Assembly: GCA_965195285.1 (NCBI GenBank)
Contig: CBDAFS010000015.1
Coordinates: forward strand, 32,001 to 96,000
Length of the DNA: 64,000 nucleotides
Direction of reading: 5' to 3'
DNA from: an uncultured Aminicenantes bacterium
Lineage (GTDB): Bacteria > Acidobacteriota > Aminicenantia > UBA2199
Part shown: positions 56,131 through 64,000 of the stretch, one piece after another
How the letters are laid out: every line of letters begins with the position of its first letter
Numbering within the stretch: position 1 is the stretch's first letter
The notes under the pieces: model-generated
What the model was told of the DNA's origin: nothing
The model's input: the letters and a program-made list of their open reading frames with translations, nothing else
The model's database searches: none
Made by a program: the position numbers and the translations under genes

Positions 56131-59100
56131 TTGTCTTCCCCGCAAATAATGTCGGACTGTTCCCTGGCGAAAATTTCTTCACGAATGGCCGGCTCAACAT
56201 CCTCCCGGGTCAGGTTCTTCTTGGAAATCTTTACTGAAAAATAAAAACGGGTGTTGTTTAATAAGGTGAGCATGGAGGGAAGCATCAGCAGGGTTAACAG
56301 CGTAGCGTACAACAACCCATAGGCAACAGAGATGGCCATTGGCGATAGGAATTGGGCCTGGTGACTCTTCTCGAAGATCAGTGGTCCCAGTCCGGCTATG
56401 GTGGTCAGGGAGGTCAGGAGAACCGGGCGAAATCTGGAGAGTCCGGTATCGAAGAGAGCCTCTTTGAATTTTTTCCCCTGCTTGAGCATTCGGTTGAGGG
56501 TACTGACCAGCACCAGTGAATCGTTCACCACTATTCCGGCCAGGGCAATGGCCCCGAACCAGGACAGAATACTAACAATATATCCCTGAATAAAATGTCC
56601 CCAGAGGACACCCACAATACTGAATGGAATCAATATGATTACTACCAGGGTCTGGCTGAAACTTCGAAAAGTGATGACGATTATCAAAAACATCAGGATG
56701 AAAATCGGAGGAGCAATACGTCCGATGGCTTTCATGGTTTTTAAATTTTCACGGCTCTGACCCTCGAACAAGAACTGTATGTCGGGATAACGGACTGCAA
56801 TATCCGGTAGAATATCTTTTTTGATATCGGCAATGGTATCCGGGACTGATTCTTTTGGATTGGTGATGTCCGCCTCCACATTGACCACCCGTTGGCCATC
56901 GATGTGGTTAATCGTCATCACCCCGCGATGGATGGAAAAATCGGCAATTTCGCCCAGAGGGTATTCCTTGTTGCCGGGTAACCGGATCCGCATGTTCTCC
57001 AGTTTTTGAATGGTGGAACGGTCTTTCTGGGTATAACGCACCCAAATCTTGACTTCATCGATTCCACGCAGTATTCTCTGGGCCTCTCCGCCAAAAAAAC
57101 CGGAGCGAACCTGACTGAGAACATCGGCAGTGGTTAAACCCAGGGCATGGGCACTTTCTTTTAATCTAATGTTGACTTCCCTCAATCCCGGGGGATCGTC
57201 ATCCACCACATCCTTTAATTTTTCAATTTTTCTCAATTCCGCTTTGAGGGTTTCTTTGGCTTCCCGCAACTGGCCTAAATTATTGCTGGCCAGGGCAATG
57301 GATATGGGCTTCCCCCACCATCCCCGACCCCCGAATTCTAGTTTCTCCGCACCCGGGATCTTGCCCACCTGTTTCCGGATACGGTTGGTGGCCTTCATGT
57401 GATTCCAATCCCTTAGTTCACTGCTGATCAGGGTGATCGCGAGGTTGCCCTGGTGGGTTCCCGGTCCGATACGGCGAGCGATTGAGAGTATCAAATTCTG
57501 ACGGTCCTGATGTTGTTTTTTATAGATGTCATTAACCTGCCAGACCTTTTGCTCTATTCCGGACAGCAATGTATCGGTGATGGAATCCGGAGTGCCCGCA
57601 GGCATTTCCAGGATCACATCCACATTTCTACGCTCAATGATGGGAAAAAAAGTGGTCTTGATCAAACTTCCCTGGAGGGCACCCAGGGTAATGATAAAGA
57701 GTGCCAGAGGCACTGCAATTCCGATCAATGGATACTGAATCACAAATTTAAGCGCAGGGCCATATACTCTTGTACGAATGGTTTTCAGGGTTTTGTCCGA
57801 TACCCTTTCGATAATATTTTTACGCCGGGTATGATTGCACAGGGCCCGGGAATGGGCAATGTGGGCCGGAAGGATAAAGGTGGCTTCCACCAGTGAGAAT
57901 AAAAGGGTGGCCACCACAACAAAAGCCAGATCGCGGGTTCGGTCTCCCAGGCCGCCTTCAAGGAAGAAAAATGTGGTGAAAATCACCACCGTGGTTAAAA
58001 TGGAAGCCACAACCGAAGGCAGTACTTCAACGGTTCCCTTGACTGCTGCCTGGATCGGCTTTTCGCCCCGTTCGTGATGCTGGTAGATATTTTCCCCGAT
58101 GACGATTCCATCATCAACCAGAATACCCAGAACCAGAATCATACCCAGCAAGGACATAACATTGATAGTCAGATTGTAAAAAGGACCGAATATCAACATG
58201 CCGGCAAAGGAAACCGGAATGGCCAGGGCCACCCAAAAAGACATACGGGTATTCAGGGAAAGGGAAAGGAACAATAAAACCAGAAACATGCCCAGGAGAC
58301 CATTGCTGGAGAGAACGTCAATCCGCTCCTGGATGATTTCCGATCCGTCCCGAACCACATAGGCCTGAACATCCGGGTGGATCTGGTTGTAATTTTTGAT
58401 ATAGGCCTTTACCTGTTTGGTGATATGGAAGAGATCTTCACGGTTGGTGTTCTGTATGGTGACTCGGACTGCCGGATTTCCGTTGTGATAAACCCGGTTG
58501 GGATTTTCTGACCAACGGTCCTTTAAATCCGCCACATCTTTGAGACGGATGATTACACCATCGTCGGTGGCTTTCAGCATATGGTTGGCCAGATCCCGGG
58601 CATAGTATCCCTTGACATTGGCCCGGATCAGCAACTCTTCCTGCTGTCCTTTAATTTTTCCCCCGGTCATACGGATATTGGCTTTCTGAATGGCAGAGAT
58701 GACTTCCTGGAAGGTCAGTCCGTAGGCTCTCAGGTCCTTTTCTCTCAGTGCAATTTCGATTTCTTCGTCAGGGAAGCCGCTGAGGGAAATCTTGGAAATT
58801 CCCTCTTTTGACAACAGGTCTCGCTCCACACGGCGGGACTCTTGTTTTAATCGAGCCAGGCTCACTTTTCCGAACAGAACAAAATCAATAGCAAAGTTTC
58901 GTGTTTCCCGGCGGTAAATAGTTAACCGCTCCATACCGACCGGAAAGGAGCTGACCTGATTAACCGCATTCTTGACATCCTGCAGAACCACATTGACATC
59001 ATACCCGGTTAAAACCGTAATCGTTATCAGACAGGAATTTTCGCTGGAGACCGATGTGACCCGTTCCAGGCCGGTCACTCCTTTCAGGTTGTCCTCGATC

Positions 59101-59300
59101 TTCAAAACAATGGCCTCTTCAATTTCCTCGGGCGCGGCACCGGGATAAGAAGCCTGAATCATAATGATCTTGCTGGGTATAATGGGAAAAAAGGTGGTTT
59201 TCATATTCTTGAATCCCACCCAGCCGAATAGGAACATGGCTACCAGGAGCACATTTCCCAGGATTGGGTATTTAATGAATAGTTGAATGGCCTTTTTCAT
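56127..59300 (-). CDS. RND efflux permease (AcrB family)
   Basis: GILVDDGIVIGEN, GIVVNDS, RFRPVLLTSLTT. Confidence 0.95.
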   Translation of the reverse strand: MKKAIQLFIKYPILGNVLLVAMFLFGWVGFKNMKTTFFPIIPSKIIMIQASYPGAAPEEIEEAIVLKIEDNLKGVTGLERVTSVSSENSCLITITVLTGYDVNVVLQDVKNAVNQVSSFPVGMERLTIYRRETRNFAIDFVLFGKVSLARLKQESRRVERDLLSKEGISKISLSGFPDEEIEIALREKDLRAYGLTFQEVISAIQKANIRMTGGKIKGQQEELLIRANVKGYYARDLANHMLKATDDGVIIRLKDVADLKDRWSENPNRVYHNGNPAVRVTIQNTNREDLFHITKQVKAYIKNYNQIHPDVQAYVVRDGSEIIQERIDVLSSNGLLGMFLVLLFLSLSLNTRMSFWVALAIPVSFAGMLIFGPFYNLTINVMSLLGMILVLGILVDDGIVIGENIYQHHERGEKPIQAAVKGTVEVLPSVVASILTTVVIFTTFFFLEGGLGDRTRDLAFVVVATLLFSLVEATFILPAHIAHSRALCNHTRRKNIIERVSDKTLKTIRTRVYGPALKFVIQYPLIGIAVPLALFIITLGALQGSLIKTTFFPIIERRNVDVILEMPAGTPDSITDTLLSGIEQKVWQVNDIYKKQHQDRQNLILSIARRIGPGTHQGNLAITLISSELRDWNHMKATNRIRKQVGKIPGAEKLEFGGRGWWGKPISIALASNNLGQLREAKETLKAELRKIEKLKDVVDDDPPGLREVNIRLKESAHALGLTTADVLSQVRSGFFGGEAQRILRGIDEVKIWVRYTQKDRSTIQKLENMRIRLPGNKEYPLGEIADFSIHRGVMTINHIDGQRVVNVEADITNPKESVPDTIADIKKDILPDIAVRYPDIQFLFEGQSRENLKTMKAIGRIAPPIFILMFLIIVITFRSFSQTLVVIILIPFSIVGVLWGHFIQGYIVSILSWFGAIALAGIVVNDSLVLVSTLNRMLKQGKKFKEALFDTGLSRFRPVLLTSLTTIAGLGPLIFEKSHQAQFLSPMAISVAYGLLYATLLTLLMLPSMLTLLNNTRFYFSVKISKKNLTREDVEPAIREEIFAREQSDIICGEDK

Positions 59301-59311
59301 AATAGAATTTC

Positions 59312-60418
59312 CTAATTTTCTGATACCCGAGCACCTTCCCGGGCTTCGACCCAGGTTTCACCCAGTATTCGAGTACCATCTGACAGGCCCCTTACAATCA
59401 CCCGATCACCCATTTCCCCGACAATTTCCACTTTTTTGAGTACCAGCCGGTTATCTTTAACCACATAAACCTGGTCATTGTCTACCATTAAATCCTTGGC
59501 CAGGGTAAAGGCCATGGCAATGGGGGTTCCCCGGGCATGTCCGTTCATATACATACCCTCCTTTAACAGTGGATCTGAAAGATGGATGTAAACCTTTACT
59601 GTCATGGAATTGCGGTCAATTACCCGGTTGATCCGCTGTATTCGACCTTTGAAGTCTCCGTTTACATCCTGGGTTTTCAAGTTGACTGTCTGGCCGACTC
59701 GAATCCGGCTCAGGTCAAAAAGACCGACCGGTGCTTCCAGTTCGTACAACTTGGTATTGGTGAATTCACCCAGTTTCTGACCGATCCTCACCAGGGTACC
59801 GGGATTGATGTTGGACTGAGTCACCAGGCCGGAAAAAGGGGCATTTATGGTATATTTGGCCAGAGTGGCTTCCATGCTTTTAATGTTGTAGAAAGAATTG
59901 AAAATATTACGTGAAGCGATATAATATCGTTCCTTTTCATTGGCGGGTTCCGGAAGCAGCGCTAAAGGTTTATCCAATTGGAATTGCCGTAAGTATTTTT
60001 CCCAGCGTTTGGCACTGGCGGGGAAATCAATGCTTAGATCGGGTAAAAGCAGGGTCAGTTGGTTCAGCAAGCTGCTTTTCTGGGCCAGTACATTGTTGAG
60101 GTATACCTGATCGTCAATCATGATAAGCGTCTCTCCTTTACGAAAGGCGGTACCTTCTCTGAACTGTTTGCCGGTTCTTAGCAGGATTCCCGAGACCTCT
60201 GCATATATCTCCAGTTTGTCATACGCATAGAGGTGGCCGCTGATTTCAATAGGGGCATGGATGTTTTTGTTAACAACTGTGATTAACCTGGGTAAGGTGG
60301 CCTGACTGGCGGAAGGTTTTCGGCGCATGGGTTCCTTCTGATTACTGAGTATATTTCCGATGACAAAACTGATAACAACAATAGCCAGGGCTATTAATCC
60401 GATCCATTTCTTATTCAA
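59312..60418 (-). CDS. RND membrane fusion protein
   Basis: TM anchor, EVSG, APFSG lipoyl halves; TTG start with GGAGG. Confidence 0.9.
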   Translation of the reverse strand: MNKKWIGLIALAIVVISFVIGNILSNQKEPMRRKPSASQATLPRLITVVNKNIHAPIEISGHLYAYDKLEIYAEVSGILLRTGKQFREGTAFRKGETLIMIDDQVYLNNVLAQKSSLLNQLTLLLPDLSIDFPASAKRWEKYLRQFQLDKPLALLPEPANEKERYYIASRNIFNSFYNIKSMEATLAKYTINAPFSGLVTQSNINPGTLVRIGQKLGEFTNTKLYELEAPVGLFDLSRIRVGQTVNLKTQDVNGDFKGRIQRINRVIDRNSMTVKVYIHLSDPLLKEGMYMNGHARGTPIAMAFTLAKDLMVDNDQVYVVKDNRLVLKKVEIVGEMGDRVIVRGLSDGTRILGETWVEAREGARVSEN

Positions 60419-60571
60419 CTTGGCTCCTCCTGTTTTAGATAAAAAACCAATTAAACAAATCTATAAAGGAAATCTTTCAGTTTTTTTTAACGAAACAATT
60501 CTCATTCTATCACATGTTTCTGCCTTAAACAAGAAGTTGAAAAGAGGACCAAATCGCTATGGACACTGGAG

Positions 60572-61171
60572 TCATAAACCCAGTATATCTGTTATCCGTT
60601 TCAATATGGTTTTTAAATCCTGGTTGCCATCTATAATGTGAATGTTTTTCCCGGTAAGAGCCAGATAATTTTTTCTGACCTTTTTCAAAAATTTTTTCTG
60701 CTCAAAAAGCTTTACCCGGGAATTACGGCTCTTTTTTATACGGTTCATACCAATATTTACATCTACATCAATAATAAAGGTGATATCCGGCTCCGGGGCG
60801 AATTCCCGGTTCATCTGAATAATCTCGTCCATGTTCATTCCCCGGGCTCCCTGATAACAGGCGGTTGAATAGTAATAACGATCCAAAATCACGGTTTTGT
60901 TCTGACTGAGGGCCGGCTTAATATTATGGGATACATTGAATTTTCTATCTTTAATGAAATAATTTAGTTCTTCTTCCAGGGGGATACTACTTTTAAACCT
61001 GGATATTTCTCTTATTTTTTTCCCCCAATTGGAATCAGAGGGTTCCCGCAGCCAGGCGACCGGAAGATTTTTTTCTTTCATATAATCAAAAAGCATTTTG
61101 GATACAGTGGTTTTGCCGGAACCGTCAATTCCTTCAAAGACAATTAGTTTGTGTGGTATTATTTCAGACAT
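60572..61171 (-). CDS. tmk: Thymidylate kinase
   Basis: FEGIDGSGKTT, REP, DRYYYS..YQG. Confidence 0.96.
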   Translation of the reverse strand: MSEIIPHKLIVFEGIDGSGKTTVSKMLFDYMKEKNLPVAWLREPSDSNWGKKIREISRFKSSIPLEEELNYFIKDRKFNVSHNIKPALSQNKTVILDRYYYSTACYQGARGMNMDEIIQMNREFAPEPDITFIIDVDVNIGMNRIKKSRNSRVKLFEQKKFLKKVRKNYLALTGKNIHIIDGNQDLKTILKRITDILGL

Positions 61172-61235
61172 TTATTTTATTCATTCAGGATCAAAAATAT
61201 ATCATAATTATCGGTATTAATAAATACGGTAAATA

Positions 61236-63047
61236 TCAAATGAATTCTGCCAGTTTCATTTCCACCTTTTTTTCAACGGTTTTCAATGCATCTGCCAATT
61301 GATAATCCGGTGATGATTCAATTGACAGGCGCTCCTGCTTGAGAAAGTCGTAAGCGGTCTTTAGAGCCCGGACATAATCCCCCTTTTTGATGACATCCAG
61401 AAAACCGGGTGATTGATGTAATGATTGATTGTTCAGCAGATTGTTCAGATAATCAAACCGGGTTTCAACCTGATTAACCAATGGAAAATGAAATACGCTT
61501 CTGTCGGCTCTCAATATGGTTTTGGTTTTAATCTGTCCTTTGAACCGCTCATTACTGTTCAACAGCTCAAAGAGGGGTGTACTGGAATACGGAATGAGGA
61601 ATGGAGAGTGGGCCAGTATAAAAAATGAAGGGAATTTCATTTTCAAATGAATGATGAGAAGAAACTCCCGGATGAACTCCTCCCAGCTGGAATCATGGTC
61701 ACTGCTGATCCAGTAATGGTAGTTGAGGATACCCTTATTTTCAAATGCATCCAGGAGGGTTTCGATCTGATTTTGATTCGGGATCCATTTTCCCAGTTTT
61801 TTTCCCCTTTTTTTCAAAAAAGTATCGGTGCCCAACCAGAGGAGGGGCCGGTTTTTTACAAACAGGGATGGATCCGAGAGCATTTCTACGATTTCAGGGG
61901 TTAGCTGTTGTTTCCGGTTGAAAAAAGAAGCGATTGAAGTCTGGACTCCCCATAATTTGAAATGGTTTTTTTTGATGGCATGAAAGACTCCAGACGCAAA
62001 GTGAGGATCCTGCAGGATATCATCGTCATTGATATTAATGGTTTTGGCTGGTTCTGGGGCAATTTTATGGAATTTCAGTTTTTCTGAAAATGTTTCCAGC
62101 AAACCGGATATTTTTTCCAGAGGGATTTGTCTCAATGTCCGGCCCTGAACCCGGGAGCAGAATATACAGCCCCGGTTGCACCCCCGGGTTACATTCAATT
62201 CAAGCCCGTTTCCGAAATGGCTGGCATCCAGAAAATCCAGGTTGAAATGAAATTTGCTGAAATTCTGCGGTTGGTTTATATAATCAAAGTCGGAAATAAT
62301 CATTGTCCCTTGGCTTTGAAACAGAAACCCCCTCCATTTGAACAGTTCATCGATATTATTCAGGTGAATGGCCTTCAACAAAGAAGGTAAAATGAATTCT
62401 GATTCTCCCCGGATCATTAAATTGATTTCAGGCAGATGATAAGCGGATTGAAGGGGATTCAGGCTGATTAAGGGTCCACCGGCTACAATCAGGCCCTGGT
62501 ACTGCGGCCTGATTAAATTCAGAAATTCCGAAATATCCATCAAGGAATCTTCATACAGAGTTAATCCCAAGGCATCATAATAGTTCCAGTTCAGGTTCGG
62601 TGGAACAGCGGGAAGCGGGATAATGCGGGTATGGACTTCAAATTCCGCTTCCGATAGAGAAGATCCGAGAAACAGCCAGGCAGTGGGTATTTGGATGGAC
62701 TTCCACCTAATATCTGAGAGCATTGAGGGGTAAATAAGGAGTACTCTGTTTAGAGAATAAGAAAGGGAAATATTCTTTTTCAAGGTAAAGGTATCATGAA
62801 TATCTCTTTTGATGTTGGAAAATCTATGGTCTTTCATTTGAATGCTCATTATATTTTTGTTTATATAAATGGAATTGGAGGAATGGTTTTTATCCAGGTT
62901 GACCTTGATAAAGGTGCAGTGCTTTTCATTCAGTTCTCGCCACTGCTGGATATCCAACAGAATTTCCATCACCTGTGGCGGAGAAAAATCCAGGGGATGA
63001 TACGAAATCAGCCACTTCCCGGTCAATGCATCCTTAAAATTACTCAT
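61236..63047 (-). CDS. Radical SAM protein with B12-binding-like domain
   Basis: RGCNRGCIFC (CxxxCxxC); upstream GGP...GE.E; NDDD; TPL. Confidence 0.8.
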   Translation of the reverse strand: MSNFKDALTGKWLISYHPLDFSPPQVMEILLDIQQWRELNEKHCTFIKVNLDKNHSSNSIYINKNIMSIQMKDHRFSNIKRDIHDTFTLKKNISLSYSLNRVLLIYPSMLSDIRWKSIQIPTAWLFLGSSLSEAEFEVHTRIIPLPAVPPNLNWNYYDALGLTLYEDSLMDISEFLNLIRPQYQGLIVAGGPLISLNPLQSAYHLPEINLMIRGESEFILPSLLKAIHLNNIDELFKWRGFLFQSQGTMIISDFDYINQPQNFSKFHFNLDFLDASHFGNGLELNVTRGCNRGCIFCSRVQGRTLRQIPLEKISGLLETFSEKLKFHKIAPEPAKTININDDDILQDPHFASGVFHAIKKNHFKLWGVQTSIASFFNRKQQLTPEIVEMLSDPSLFVKNRPLLWLGTDTFLKKRGKKLGKWIPNQNQIETLLDAFENKGILNYHYWISSDHDSSWEEFIREFLLIIHLKMKFPSFFILAHSPFLIPYSSTPLFELLNSNERFKGQIKTKTILRADRSVFHFPLVNQVETRFDYLNNLLNNQSLHQSPGFLDVIKKGDYVRALKTAYDFLKQERLSIESSPDYQLADALKTVEKKVEMKLAEFI

Positions 63048-63206
63048 GGTTTGCTCTCATTATACACCAAATGGATCGGGTGTTGGACTTGACAATCAAA
63101 ATCAAGGTTCTATAAGTAACTATAAATTACCATGTTTGTTGAGATCCGAAACTCTGGTTTGCGTTATTGATTAAATTGAACTATAGTGGTTGTATTGGTA
63201 TGTGAA

Positions 63207-63581
63207 ATGGAAGATTATATACTTAGCGCTAAAAATTCGGGTTTTAAAACCTGTTCGGTTTGCCGTCAAACCTGGAATGACCGGGCGGAGTTTTTGGCTG
63301 ATCCGGACCTTGAAATAATCGGTTACCAGGTTCATTTCAAAGATTTGAAAAAGGGACTTTTCATGTTCAATCACAGTTGCAATACCAGCCTGGCCATACC
63401 TGCCGAGAAATTTACCGACCTTTACCATGGTGAGATAGTGAAGGAAAGGAAAACCGGGACCGAGGAATGCCCGGGTTACTGCCTGCATAAGGATGAGTTG
63501 CAACCCTGCCCGGCGATATGCGAATGTGCCTATGTCAGGGACATCATTCAGATCATACGCAACTGGCCCAAGAGGGATTAA
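63207..63581 (+). CDS. Small Cys-rich hypothetical protein
   Basis: CxxC, HxC, CPGYC, C...CEC. Confidence 0.7.
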   Translation: MEDYILSAKNSGFKTCSVCRQTWNDRAEFLADPDLEIIGYQVHFKDLKKGLFMFNHSCNTSLAIPAEKFTDLYHGEIVKERKTGTEECPGYCLHKDELQPCPAICECAYVRDIIQIIRNWPKRD

Positions 63582-63589
63582 TCAAAAAG

Positions 63590-64000
63590 TTAGAGTAACA
63601 GATGTAAATATTTAAAGGCTGATTTTTGGGTATAAAGATCTTCTACGTCAATAATAAAGTTATATTTCCCCTTTTTCATCCAATCCATACTTATTTTTAT
63701 GTTTACCTCGGTATTTTCAGGTTTCAGACTTTTGTTTTGGTCGTAAAGCGTTTTATTGTCTTCACCCTTTATTTGAACATGGACATTTACCATTCCCGAT
63801 TTTTTCCCTTCAATTTCCTTTACCAAAAGATCAATTATTGTGAAATAGAGAATGTTGTTTTCAAATTTTACCTTTTCAAGCTTAATATCTGTTATTTCTG
63901 ATTTTCTTTTTTTCAAATAGGTGGATATATAGTCTGCCCTTATATTATCATCATAAAAAACATTATATTTTTTGTTATTTACCTTCACCTTTATCTTTCC
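63590..64000 (-). CDS. Hypothetical protein, C-terminal part (paralog-like to 37142-38659)
   Basis: Runs off the window end; Ig-like tail GKY.F...V.DL. Confidence 0.6.
   Translation of the reverse strand, partial: GKIKVKVNNKKYNVFYDDNIRADYISTYLKKRKSEITDIKLEKVKFENNILYFTIIDLLVKEIEGKKSGMVNVHVQIKGEDNKTLYDQNKSLKPENTEVNIKISMDWMKKGKYNFIIDVEDLYTQKSAFKYLHLLL

Overview
Bacterial chromosomal window from a diderm (LptD, TolC). Gene style and a GAAC-N7-GAAC LexA box suggest an Acidobacteriota-related lineage such as Ca. Aminicenantes, which is an inference only. Most of it is housekeeping: lexA-dinB, REC-PPDK_N protein, nupC, M16 peptidase, mraY, comF, purF, pgsA, phoH-HD-ybeY, thyX, lptD, ispA-dxs, an RND pump, tmk and tRNA-Pro(CGG). 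Five things stand out. (1) A 1261-aa MurG-FHA-like-MurJ-HEAT fusion is translationally coupled to mraY. (2) At three separate loci, small cargo genes sit between long (about 40-250 bp) direct repeats that duplicate the 3' ends of the neighbouring host genes, with no integrase in the window. One of these is a multi-cassette array behind comF. (3) A RAYT/Y1 HUH transposase has 28-bp terminal inverted repeats, and an orphan copy of its right end with a triplicated tip lies 12 kb away. (4) An ACP is followed by two tandem Kbl-like alpha-oxoamine synthases. (5) PurF lacks its glutaminase catalytic residues. All calls come from reading the sequence and the ORF track by eye; no searches were run.
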